NCBI GenBank assembly: GCA_963720465.1
Contig: OY970393.1
Span: forward strand, 96,001-160,000
DNA: 64,000 nucleotides
From: Methanobacteriota archaeon
GTDB taxonomy: Archaea; Halobacteriota; Bog-38; Methanoflorentales; Methanoflorentaceae
Direction: 5' to 3'
In this document: positions 10,133 to 19,606 of the stretch, in pieces
How the letters are laid out: every line of letters begins with the position of its first letter
How positions within the stretch are numbered: the first letter of the stretch is position 1
Notes under the pieces: model-generated
Told to the model about the DNA's origin: nothing
Seen by the model: the letters and a program-made list of their open reading frames with translations, nothing else
The model's database searches: none
Position numbers and translations under genes: made by a program

Positions 10133-11104
10133 ATGAACCTAGACGAATTGGCTCAGTCGCTTCGTGACTTTGAAGGCATCGCAAGGAAGCGCTCAATCGG
10201 TTCGCTTGTGAAGTGGTTTGACGAGGACCTCAGCACAGGAAACTTTGGCGAGGATGCTGCGGTAATCGAGCGAGGCGACGAGTCTCTGCTTATAGCCGCT
10301 GATGGCATCTGGTCGAAGCTTATGGATGCGGACCCTGAATGGGCGGGATACTGCGCCGTTCTTGTGAATATTCACGACATTTTAGCTATGGGGGGGGCCC
10401 CGCTTGCGATGGTCGACGTGTTCTCTGCCAACTCGCCCGACGTCTGCAATCGGGTTCTGGCAGGTATGAGCGAAGCGATAAAAAAATTTGGTGTGCCGGT
10501 CGTTGGTGGGCACGTGCATCCGGACACGGTTTATAACGCACTTGATGTCGCTATCATAGGCACTGCACGGACCGATTCGATCATTTACAGCTGCAAGGCG
10601 CGTGATGGGCAAGATGTTCTCGCTGCGATAGATTTGGACGGTAGGGTACACCCATCGTGCAGTCTCTGTTGGGACACAACCACAATGAAGCACCCGGAGC
10701 TGCTGCGCAAGCAGCTCGAGACGATGAAGCGCGTCGGGGAACAGCACTTGGCCGAGGCTGCGAAAGACATTAGCAATCCAGGCTTGCTCGGCACACTCGG
10801 AATGATGCTCGAAGTGTCGGAAGTTGGCGCTGTCATAGAATTGGAACGGATACCCATCCCTGAGGGCATGGATATGCACCTGTGGCTGCGCATGTATCCC
10901 GGGATGGGATTTTTGTTGACAGCCGAACCTGAGCACGTGCAAGAGGTGACACGCATCTTTGAAGAGGCCGGCATGCAAGCAGCGAAAATCGGCGAGATCA
11001 CCGGAACGAAAAAGCTGGAGATCACGAACAACGCCGAAAGTGTGGTTGTGTGGGATTTTGCTCAAGACACGATTATGGGTATCGGTCCCGTTACGTGCAG
11101 ATAG
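10133..11104 (+). CDS. Methanogenesis marker protein 2 (AIR synthase/SelD-like)
   Basis: FGEDAAVI, WAGYCAVLVNIHDILAMGG, VGGHVHPD and AKDISNPG motifs. Confidence 0.85.
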   Translation: MNLDELAQSLRDFEGIARKRSIGSLVKWFDEDLSTGNFGEDAAVIERGDESLLIAADGIWSKLMDADPEWAGYCAVLVNIHDILAMGGAPLAMVDVFSANSPDVCNRVLAGMSEAIKKFGVPVVGGHVHPDTVYNALDVAIIGTARTDSIIYSCKARDGQDVLAAIDLDGRVHPSCSLCWDTTTMKHPELLRKQLETMKRVGEQHLAEAAKDISNPGLLGTLGMMLEVSEVGAVIELERIPIPEGMDMHLWLRMYPGMGFLLTAEPEHVQEVTRIFEEAGMQAAKIGEITGTKKLEITNNAESVVVWDFAQDTIMGIGPVTCR

Positions 11105-11124
11105 TCCTCAGCGGTGCTAAGGCG

Positions 11125-11188
11125 TAAAAAAGTGAGTCGGTAAAAAATAGGCAAAAAAGGTGGGAGATAAGGCAAAAAATGCCTTATC
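11125..11188 (-). terminator. Hairpin plus T-tracts after mvhA
   Basis: gataaggca/tgccttatc inverted repeat at 11166-11188, followed on the minus strand by several T5-6 runs. Confidence 0.6.
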
Positions 11189-11202
11189 GGTTCTAATTTT
11201 AT

Positions 11203-12624
11203 CTAGTAGTTGGTGTACGTTCTGGTCCTTCCGTCGGGTCCAACAAGTTCAAGTTTGACTGGCCAACGTCCGTCAATCGTGTGGGTTGCACACGAGAAGC
11301 ACGGGTCGTAAGCACGGATGACCATTTCAAGCCGATTGAGTAATCCTTCCTGTGGTTCGCCGTCCTTTATCAGGAGTTTCGCAGCCTCGCGAACCCCTAA
11401 ATCCATCGCTCCTTGGTTGTGACCGGTCGAAACGATCAGGTTGGCGTTCGTTATGAAGCCCTCATCGTTTGTGGTGTACTCGTGGATGAGCGTCCCTCTC
11501 GGCGCTTCGATAACACCAACGCCAGTCGCCGCTCGTACTTCGGGCTTTGCCCAAACGTCTGTGCTGGTTATGTCTGGATCGTTTAGGAGTTCAACAGCAC
11601 GTTCGCTAGCGTACATCAGCTCAATAAGCCTTGCGTAGTGATAGAGTAACGTCTGCTGTGGCATTCTCCCAAAAGCGGCTCTGAAGTCCGTGAGCATATC
11701 GTTGGCTAGCGGTGTTGAAATCTTGTCACACACGTTTATACGGGCCAGGGGCGCAACGCGATAGATGCCATCAGGCCAGCCCTTCTCCTTCCAATACGGG
11801 AATTTCAGGTACGACCAATCCTGGTAATTCTCCTGAATGTAGTCCGCGTATTTGGTGGGATCAAACTCCTTAATAATAGAGCCGTCTGTATCCATCATGC
11901 GAAGCGTTCCGTCGTAGAGCTCGAGGTTTCCGTCCTTGACTAAGCCCATCATCGGGGTATTGACGACTCCGAGAATTTTTATGACATCCATATACTGCTC
12001 AAATAGCGGAGCAGCCACTTCTAAGCCAAGTTTTGTGAATTCAATCGAGTCCTGGGCGTCCTTGAGCATCTTCTGCCGCTGGTCCTCGGTAATCCCCTTA
12101 GTGAGTCCTCCAGGCTTTGCGGTGACAGGTGCGGCTCTTCCACCAACGGCCCTTATCATCTCTTGGCCTCGTTTTCTGTTGAGGACAACTTGTGTTGCAA
12201 GCTCAGGATTTGCTTCAATCACTCCAAAGACGTTCCGCTTCTTTGGATCGCCATCGGGCGTGAATATGAGGTCCGGCGCGGCAAGGTAAAAGAAGTGCAG
12301 CGTGTGGCTGTGTATCATCTGTCCCATGTGCATAAGCTCCCGGAGTAGCGCAGCGGGACGTGGGATCTCAACGCCAAAGGTGTTGTCAGCTGCTTTCGCC
12401 GAAGCGAGGTGATGGCTGACAGGACATATGCCACAAATGGCCGTCACGATTCTCTGGGCGTCTTCTATAGGTCTCCCTTGTAGGAGTTTTTCAAAGCCAC
12501 GCATCTCGACGATGTGCAAGTGTGCATCGTCTACCTGTCCTGCGTCGTTAATGTTTACTGTAACCTTTGCGTGACCTTCGATTCTCGATACGGGCTCTAT
12601 AGTGATTTTCTTTCCCATATTCAT
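11203..12624 (-). CDS. mvhA: F420-non-reducing [NiFe]-hydrogenase large subunit (group 3c)
   Basis: RIEGH, RGFE, CGICPVSH, HSHTLH, EAPRG and DPCFSCATH motifs plus a cleavable C-terminal extension; linked to hdr/mvhD. Confidence 0.9.
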   Translation of the reverse strand: MNMGKKITIEPVSRIEGHAKVTVNINDAGQVDDAHLHIVEMRGFEKLLQGRPIEDAQRIVTAICGICPVSHHLASAKAADNTFGVEIPRPAALLRELMHMGQMIHSHTLHFFYLAAPDLIFTPDGDPKKRNVFGVIEANPELATQVVLNRKRGQEMIRAVGGRAAPVTAKPGGLTKGITEDQRQKMLKDAQDSIEFTKLGLEVAAPLFEQYMDVIKILGVVNTPMMGLVKDGNLELYDGTLRMMDTDGSIIKEFDPTKYADYIQENYQDWSYLKFPYWKEKGWPDGIYRVAPLARINVCDKISTPLANDMLTDFRAAFGRMPQQTLLYHYARLIELMYASERAVELLNDPDITSTDVWAKPEVRAATGVGVIEAPRGTLIHEYTTNDEGFITNANLIVSTGHNQGAMDLGVREAAKLLIKDGEPQEGLLNRLEMVIRAYDPCFSCATHTIDGRWPVKLELVGPDGRTRTYTNY

Positions 12625-13532
12625 TACCTCTTTTCGGTGACCTTCGCCTTAATAAGTGAAACAGGCAGCGTATAACGATAGAAGGTGCCCACTGGATCAT
12701 AGACGTCCTTTACCATCTCGTCTAAGTCGACTGAGGAGTCCTCATCTAAACCGTATGCTGATGCGACTACGTTAAGCATCGCTGCACCCTGTTCATATGA
12801 AGACGCTGTTGGTCCATAGCAGCCTGTACACGGCGCATTGACTTGTGGACATTGCGCGCCGCACCCGCTACGCGTTGCGGGCCCCATACACATGAATCCT
12901 TGGTTAAGCAGACATTCGACAGGTTCCCCGTTTGCTTCAATTGGCCGCTTGATATCGGTTATCCTCTTCTCCTTCCTCTCTCGGGGACAGTCCTCACAAA
13001 CGTTTTTATTGCTTAATTGAGGTTCTTCGCCCTTTAGAAGTGCGGTAAGAACCTCCGCGATGAGGAACGCATCTGGCGGACATCCGGGGATGAAATAGTC
13101 AACCTTTATGACGTCTGAGACAGGTCTAAGTGTCTCAAAGAGCTTTGGAAGCTCTGGTGATGTCGGAATCTGTTGATCAGGAGCGGTGGACGTCGATGTC
13201 TTAACTGCTTGTTTGATGTCTGACATTGCATTGACGTTATTAACACCTGGTATGCCACCGAACGCTGCACAACTGCCGAGCGCAACTACGATGTCTGAGG
13301 TCTCGCGCACTTTCTTAGCAACGTGCTCGTTGTCTTCATTGCGAATGCCACCAGTCAGAATGCCGACCGTAGTATGTTGATCAAAGTCCTTAATGTCCAT
13401 TAGCACTGGAATGCGAACAAACTCTATAGCTTGTAGTACGTCTAGAATCGTTTCGTGCAGGTCGAGAACGGCTATCTCGCAACCAGAACAAACGCATAGC
13501 CAGTCCTCTTGGACCTTTACCTTATCTCCCAT
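12624..13532 (-). CDS. mvhG: F420-non-reducing hydrogenase small subunit
   Basis: WLCVCSGCE, GSCAAFGG, IPGCPP, CLLNQGFMCMGPATRSGCGAQCP and CTGCYGP motifs. Confidence 0.92.
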   Translation of the reverse strand: MGDKVKVQEDWLCVCSGCEIAVLDLHETILDVLQAIEFVRIPVLMDIKDFDQHTTVGILTGGIRNEDNEHVAKKVRETSDIVVALGSCAAFGGIPGVNNVNAMSDIKQAVKTSTSTAPDQQIPTSPELPKLFETLRPVSDVIKVDYFIPGCPPDAFLIAEVLTALLKGEEPQLSNKNVCEDCPRERKEKRITDIKRPIEANGEPVECLLNQGFMCMGPATRSGCGAQCPQVNAPCTGCYGPTASSYEQGAAMLNVVASAYGLDEDSSVDLDEMVKDVYDPVGTFYRYTLPVSLIKAKVTEKR

Positions 13533-13583
13533 TTATGAGTCACCTCGTGTCTGAATTCCGGAAAAGCAGTGAGAGTCAATGAT

Positions 13584-13692
13584 GAGGTCAAATATATCAT
13601 GACCTCTCGGAGAAATGCAAAATTGTCTCACACTCTTGACCCACTTGTATCTTGGCTTCCTCTATATAAAATATTTTGAGTGAAGTCACTCA
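13584..13692 (-). promoter_or_regulatory. mvhGA promoter: TATA box flanked by two inverted repeats
   Basis: TTTATATA on the minus strand at 13670-13663; TGAGTGA-AG-TCACTCA at 13677-13692; GAGGTCA-N9-TGACCTC at 13584-13606. Confidence 0.5.
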
Positions 13693-13799
13693 TGAAGTTC
13701 AATTCAAAAATATTCCTTACAGAGGCGCAGAAACTGCTATCACTTTTAACTAGTAATTTATATGAAATTACTAATATATAAGCTTGTTTTGCCTGATTT

Positions 13800-13935
13800 G
13801 AGGGACGTGAGGCGCTACCTCCTCTCTCGGCTCCTCGAGTCCGCCTAGCGTTCCACTCATTGCGCGTCCGTGCGCACGCGATCCGGGCTTAGACCGCTCA
13901 GAAACCCCTTGGCGCAATGTGTACTCACGCGGGGG
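13800..13935. ncRNA. Candidate structured small RNA of unknown family
   Basis: GC-rich island between AT-rich TATA regions, with nested stems 13806-11/13924-29, 13813-17/13846-50 and 13858-65/13912-19. Confidence 0.3.
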
Positions 13936-14299
13936 TCTTTGCAGCAGCTTTATCATCTGCGAGAGAGATATATATAATTGTATATATTTTAAAGAATATT
14001 TTAAAGATATTATGCACAGAGAATTGGGTGAACGCGTTTGTCTTGGCGTTCGCCTAAAAATGAATTTGATTTGTTTTATTAAAGTAAATAATATATAATC
14101 ATACTAAATAACATATGAATGCTGGTGCACGAGGAACGGCTGGTGCTGTTTTCGGCGCGCCAAACAAAGTAATAGGTAGGTTTGAAGAACGACCAAATGG
14201 CTTCGATAGTTGAACTAAATAATAAGCCTTTTATATTAAATATCTCGAACCTACGTGCGAATAGTCGACTTTTTAGTAGACATTAGGCTGGTGAAATAA

Positions 14300-14530
14300 G
14301 TGACATTTGCGTTACATATAGAAAAAACTTGCACTGGCTGCAACAACTGCGTCGTGGCGTGTCCTGTTAACGCGCTTGAACTCGTCGTTGATGACCCTGC
14401 TACGGCCAAGAAGACGTACAAAGTGCAGGGCGGCAAATCCATAACCCTAGACGAGGACGTCTGCGAAGCGTGTGGCGTTTGCCTTCAGGCTTGTCCACGA
14501 GATTGCATCCAGCTAACTGGACAGGGATAA
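14300..14530 (+). CDS. fwdG: Formylmethanofuran dehydrogenase subunit G (2x[4Fe-4S] ferredoxin)
   Basis: FALHIEKTCTGCNNCVVACPVNALEL and CEACGVCLQACP motifs; first gene of the fwdF-hdr cluster. Confidence 0.8.
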   Translation: MTFALHIEKTCTGCNNCVVACPVNALELVVDDPATAKKTYKVQGGKSITLDEDVCEACGVCLQACPRDCIQLTGQG

Positions 14531-14546
14531 AAGGAGGGAATGAGCT

Positions 14547-15660
14547 TTGGCTTTGTTTCCGATATACTCTAAGAGAACCGAAGGACGAAAATCGATCATA
14601 GAACAAAAGACGCTGGTACAGGCCCTCGACCTCGCCCTTGATATGGAGCGATGTACTGGCTGCGGCATTTGCAAAGAGGTATGCCCAGAAGAGGCGATTG
14701 AGAAAGGTCCAGTCGGAGCCGTGGGATTTAAAGAGATGGAAGTCCCCGAGATGGTCTTCGACGAGAAAAAGTGTTCATACTGCGGCGTATGCGTGGAGTT
14801 GTGTCCATTTACTGCGCTAAAGCTCACCGAAAATGGTGAGCCGAAGACCGATCTCATTGACCAGCAGGGCTTCCCACACTACGTGAAGGTAGCCGAAATA
14901 AACCTCGACACGTGCGTGAGATGCAAGGTATGCGAAGAGATGTGTCCGCGCGACAACGCCATAGAGCGAAACGTGCCAGAGGTCACTGAGCGACAGCAAG
15001 CCATCACGTACACCGCTGATATGCAACTCGACGAGGACCCGGGAAGCGAGAACAAGTGCACCTACTGCGGCCTTTGCGGTGAGATCTGTGATGCGCTGAC
15101 AGTGGAGCACAAAGAGGCGACTCCCATCAACGTCGAAGCGAGTGGAGAAGTGAAGTTTGAATCTTCAAAGTGCGACGGGTGCAAGATTTGCGAAGAGATC
15201 TGCCCGACAGATTCAATCAAGGTCGATCGGACGATCACTGAGGCGAAGCTCCTAGGTGAGGTCACAATCAACAAAGATGAGTGCATGGACCTGTACGTGG
15301 TGTGCAAAGACGTGCCCCATCGAGAACACGATTGACATCAAGAAGATCTTTGAAGGCTCGATCAACATAAAGACGGAAAACTGCCCGGCAGGATGTACTG
15401 CGTGTGTGGAGATCTGTCCGTGTAACGCACTGTATTTGCCGCCTCAAAAAGAGCCCGGAGAGATAGCAACAAAGCTTGAAGTGAATGATGATTTCTGCAC
15501 GCTCTGCGGTGCTTGTGTGAACGTTTGTCCGGTTGCCAACACGATCGAGGTCAAGCGTGACGTGATACACATCGAAGGCACGGAGACGGACCTTTACAAG
15601 AAGACGGCTGGCAAGATGATGGAGCTTAAGACTCCGACGATCGAAAAGTTGGGAGCGTAA
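14547..15660 (+). CDS. fwdF: Formylmethanofuran dehydrogenase subunit F (polyferredoxin), split by a 1-nt frameshift at about 15288
   Basis: Eight CxxCxxCxxxC-type motifs across ORFs 14547-15335 and 15256-15660; deleting one G in atggacc restores ECMTCTWCAKTCP. Confidence 0.85.
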
Positions 15661-15663
15661 ACG

Positions 15664-16221
15664 ATGGCTAGCGAAGGTATGAGAGATCCAAAGCACTACC
15701 AGCTTGGAAAGACTCAATTTGACCCCGATCTCATCAAAGAGGTCGTAGCCCTCGGTGGCAAGAACGCACAAATGTGCTATCAGTGCGGAACGTGCACTGC
15801 AAGCTGTCCGATGGGCCAGAGAAGCGGGCTTAGGGTAAGAACTGTGATGAGAAAGGCCAATCTCGGCATGAGGGACGTCCTCGACGATCCAGACCTCTGG
15901 CTGTGCACGACGTGTTACACGTGCTCAGACCGCTGTCCGCGGAGAATAATGGCGACGGATGCCATCATCGCGCTCCGCAATATCGCGACACGCGAGAAGA
16001 AAGTGCCGATGAGCATGATAAAGATCATGGGCGCGATCAGCAAGACGGGTCACGGAGTGCCGAACAATGAGGCCAATATGAAAAATCGCGTCAAGGTGGG
16101 ACTGCCCGAGAACCCCCCGACGACACACACGTACCCGGAGTACATTAAAGACATTAATAAGATACTCGAGGTTACAGGACTGCTTAAAATCAGAGAGGAG
16201 ATGGAGGCGGAAAGTCAATGA
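15664..16221 (+). CDS. hdrC: Heterodisulfide reductase subunit C
   Basis: CYQCGTCTASCP and LWLCTTCYTCSDRCPR motifs. Confidence 0.95.
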   Translation: MASEGMRDPKHYQLGKTQFDPDLIKEVVALGGKNAQMCYQCGTCTASCPMGQRSGLRVRTVMRKANLGMRDVLDDPDLWLCTTCYTCSDRCPRRIMATDAIIALRNIATREKKVPMSMIKIMGAISKTGHGVPNNEANMKNRVKVGLPENPPTTHTYPEYIKDINKILEVTGLLKIREEMEAESQ

Positions 16222-17102
16222 AGGAGTACAATTTCTTCTTAGGCTGCATCGCTCCTAACCGATATCCCGGCATTGAAGCATCATCAGTGAAGACTTCAAG
16301 GAAGTTCGATATTGAACTACGCGATTTCAAGGGAGCGTCGTGCTGCCCCGCGCCCGGTGCATTCGGGTCAATGGACGTGAATGCGTGGCTTGCGCTCGGA
16401 GCACGAAACATTTGTCTATCCGAAAAGGAAGGCAAGGATATTGCCCTCATATGTAACGGCTGTTACAAGTCGCTCTTCGAGGCGAATCATCGGCTCAAGA
16501 GCGATCCGGTGTTAAAAGCAAAGGTCAACTCGATCCTTGCAAATATTGACTACGAGTTTCAAGGGTCAGTAGAGGTACGACACCTCATCGACATCTTATA
16601 CAACGATGTCGGACCGGAGAAAGTGAAAGAGTCCGTAGAAGTGCCACTGACCGGACTGAACGTGGCCATTCACTACGGATGTCACTTGCTTAAGCCAAAG
16701 TTCGACAGAACGTTCGGCTCGAGTGAGCGACCGCGCTTCTTCGACGAGTTGGTTGAGGCGACAGGAGCCACATCGGTAGATTACAAAGAAAAGATGATGT
16801 GCTGTGGAGCGGGAGGCGGCGTTCGATCGTACAAGGTCGATCTCGCACTCGATATTTGTAACGAAAAGCTTTACAACATGACTCAAGCAGGCGCAGACGT
16901 CGTAGTAAATGTCTGCCCGTTCTGTCACCTTCAGTTGGATCGTGGGCAGGTCGAGATTAAGGAGAAGTTTGGAGACGTGTACGACCTACCGGTTCTCCAC
17001 TACAACCAGCTTCTCGGCATAGCACAGGGCATGAACCCTGACGAGCTGGGCCTTGACGCCCACGAGATAAGTGTTGAGCCACTGCTCGCAAAGATACTGT
17101 GA
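16218..17102 (+). CDS. hdrB: Heterodisulfide reductase subunit B
   Basis: FFLGCIAPNRYPGIE, SCCPAPG, HYGCH, CCGAGGG and CPFCHLQLD (CCG domains). Confidence 0.97.
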   Translation: MKEYNFFLGCIAPNRYPGIEASSVKTSRKFDIELRDFKGASCCPAPGAFGSMDVNAWLALGARNICLSEKEGKDIALICNGCYKSLFEANHRLKSDPVLKAKVNSILANIDYEFQGSVEVRHLIDILYNDVGPEKVKESVEVPLTGLNVAIHYGCHLLKPKFDRTFGSSERPRFFDELVEATGATSVDYKEKMMCCGAGGGVRSYKVDLALDICNEKLYNMTQAGADVVVNVCPFCHLQLDRGQVEIKEKFGDVYDLPVLHYNQLLGIAQGMNPDELGLDAHEISVEPLLAKIL

Positions 17103-17118
17103 GGAAGGAGGCACAAAA

Positions 17119-19098
17119 ATGGACGAAGAGAAGAGAATCGGCGTATTCATCTGTCACTGTGGTACTAACATCGCGGGCGTCATAGACGTTAAGGAACTGG
17201 CCGAGTACGCGAAGACCCTGCCGAACGTCGCACACGCCCAGGATTATACGTACGTGTGTTCAACGCCCGGCCAAACGATGATTAGAGACAGCATAAAGGA
17301 GCACAACCTCAACGGGACCGTCGTGGCGGCGTGCTCACCAAGGCTGCACGAACCTACGTTTAGGAAAGCGACCGAAGAGGGCGGGATAAACCCATACCTG
17401 TTTTCGATGGCGAACATCCGAGAGCAGGACACGTGGGTACACATGGAAGAGCCGGAAAAGGCACTGCAGAAGGCAAAGGATGTGGTCAGAATGGAGGTCG
17501 CGCGGGCATCAATGCTGGAGCCCCTCACTCCAAAGACTGTTCCGGTTGAAAAGGCTGCACTCGTTATCGGCGCAGGAATCGCCGGCATCCAAGCCTCACT
17601 GGAGCTTGCCGATGCGGGAATAAAGACGTATTTAGTGGAGAAGGAGCCGTCCATCGGCGGCAATATGTCCCGTCTTGACAAGACGTTCCCGACACTCGAC
17701 TGCTCGCAGTGTATCCTTACACCCAAAATGGTCGACGTTGAGCGCAATCCAAATATTGAGCTGATGACCTATTCGGAGGTCGAAGACGTAAGCGGTTACA
17801 TCGGAAACTTCGACGTTACCATTCGCCAGAAGTCGCGATATGTGTATGAAGACAAGTGTAACGGCTGTGGCAAATGCCAAGAGGTATGTCCTGTTTCACG
17901 GCCAAATGAGTTTGAACTGGGCTTAATGCCTCGAAAGGCGGCCTATGTGCCGTTCCCACAGGCAGTGCCGCTCAAGTTCACCATTGATATGGACAGCTGT
18001 ATCAAGTGTGACCTCTGCAAAGGCGAGGAAGCGTGCGGCGAACTTGAGGCAATAGACTTCGACAAGCCCGACGAGCTCGTAACGGTCAAGGTGGGCACGA
18101 TTATCGTCGCCAGCGGGTTCGATATGTACGACGTTGAGCGCAAGGAAGAATGGGGTTACAAGGTCTTCGACAACGTTGTGACTGGGATTGAGATGGAACG
18201 GTTGATCAGCGCATCTGGTCCGACAGGTGGTAACATCGTCAGACCTTCTGACGGACAGAAGCCTAAGAGCGTTGGCTTCGTGCTCTGCGCAGGCTCGCGT
18301 GATCAGGATGAAGAGGACGGTGCGAAGCCGTACTGCTCGCGTGTATGCTGCATGTACAGCTTAAAGCACGCTCACCAGTTGATCGAGAAGATCCCTGGCT
18401 GCGTGCCGTACCTGTTCTACATGGACATACGATCCTTCGGCAAGGCGTACGAGGAGTTCTACTACCGCATTCAGAACGAAGGCGGCAAGTTCATTCGAGG
18501 TCGCGTTGCGAGGATCACAGAAGATCCTGTCACGAAGAACCTCACTATCACGGCTGAGGACACGCTCCTTGGAACACCCCTCGAGATGGAGGTTGACCTG
18601 GTAGTGTTGGCAAACGCCGTAGTGCCCGCTGAGAGTACACAGAAGCTAAAGACGCTTCTGACGCTTTCAAACAGTCCCGACGGCTGGCTGCTTGAGGCGC
18701 ACCCGAAGCTTAACCCCATGTCGACGACAACTGATGGGGTGTTCTTAGCCGGGATGTGCCAAGGACCTCGAGATATTCCTGACGTCGTTGCTCACGCAGC
18801 GGCAGCAGCTGCAGCAGCATCAATCCCGATACACAAGGGATCAGTCACCCTTGAACCGATCTACGCCATTGTAGACCAGGAACACTGCGGAGGCTGCGCT
18901 ACGTGTATCGGCGTGTGCCCGTACGGTGCGACGGAGCTGAACGAAGTTGACGGCAAGCTTGTTGCGAGCGTCAATGAGGCAAAGTGCAAGGGCTGCGGAA
19001 CGTGCGGCTCAGCGTGTCCGAGTGGCGCCATAAAGATGCAACACTTCACGAATGAGCAGATTATGAGCGAAATTGAAGCGTTTGCTCAGGGGTGGTGA
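17119..19098 (+). CDS. hdrA: Heterodisulfide reductase subunit A (flavin-based electron bifurcation)
   Basis: [33 protein letters not shown] and [11 protein letters not shown] motifs; inserted and C-terminal ferredoxin domains; GGAGG SD before ATG 17119. Confidence 0.97.
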   Translation: MDEEKRIGVFICHCGTNIAGVIDVKELAEYAKTLPNVAHAQDYTYVCSTPGQTMIRDSIKEHNLNGTVVAACSPRLHEPTFRKATEEGGINPYLFSMANIREQDTWVHMEEPEKALQKAKDVVRMEVARASMLEPLTPKTVPVEKAALVIGAGIAGIQASLELADAGIKTYLVEKEPSIGGNMSRLDKTFPTLDCSQCILTPKMVDVERNPNIELMTYSEVEDVSGYIGNFDVTIRQKSRYVYEDKCNGCGKCQEVCPVSRPNEFELGLMPRKAAYVPFPQAVPLKFTIDMDSCIKCDLCKGEEACGELEAIDFDKPDELVTVKVGTIIVASGFDMYDVERKEEWGYKVFDNVVTGIEMERLISASGPTGGNIVRPSDGQKPKSVGFVLCAGSRDQDEEDGAKPYCSRVCCMYSLKHAHQLIEKIPGCVPYLFYMDIRSFGKAYEEFYYRIQNEGGKFIRGRVARITEDPVTKNLTITAEDTLLGTPLEMEVDLVVLANAVVPAESTQKLKTLLTLSNSPDGWLLEAHPKLNPMSTTTDGVFLAGMCQGPRDIPDVVAHAAAAAAAASIPIHKGSVTLEPIYAIVDQEHCGGCATCIGVCPYGATELNEVDGKLVASVNEAKCKGCGTCGSACPSGAIKMQHFTNEQIMSEIEAFAQGW

Positions 19099-19103
19099 GA
19101 GTC

Positions 19104-19571
19104 ATGGCAGAGGAATTTGAACCAAACATCTTAGGCATACTCTGTAACTGGTGTACCTACGCGGGGGCTGACCTCGCCGGTACCTCGAGAACGCAGTACC
19201 CGCCGAACGTGCGAGTCATACGTATTATGTGTACGGGCAGACTCGATCCCGCATTCGTGCTGAAGGCCCTGAGCGTCGGAGCAGATGGCGTACTTGTGTC
19301 TGGTTGCCACGTCGGTGACTGTCACTACCTTGCAGGCAACTTCAAGTCGCGACGACGTGTTGCGCTGCTGAGAAAGCTTATCGAAGAGTACGGTTACGAC
19401 CGTGAGCGCCTGCGTATGACCTTTATATCCGCTTCAGAAGGTGCCATTTGGGCAGAGGTGGTCCAGGACATGGTCAACACCATCAAGAAACTTGGACCAA
19501 ATCCTTTGAAGCAGGTAGGTGCAGCTGGTGCAGCTGGGCAGGTAGGTGTCGTGGCGGATGACGAGTTCTGA
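19104..19571 (+). CDS. mvhD: Hydrogenase iron-sulfur subunit D ([2Fe-2S])
   Basis: [30 protein letters not shown] and ISASEG motifs. Confidence 0.95.
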   Translation: MAEEFEPNILGILCNWCTYAGADLAGTSRTQYPPNVRVIRIMCTGRLDPAFVLKALSVGADGVLVSGCHVGDCHYLAGNFKSRRRVALLRKLIEEYGYDRERLRMTFISASEGAIWAEVVQDMVNTIKKLGPNPLKQVGAAGAAGQVGVVADDEF

Positions 19572-19606
19572 CCCCGCCCTAACGGCTGGAAGGAGAGTGA
19601 GAGAAC

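Noticed and set aside
13771-13956. 61-aa ORF or 5S rRNA over the GC-rich island
   Set aside because: The ORF has no recognisable features. Size and topology recall 5S, but the conserved CCGAAC loop and other 5S motifs are absent.
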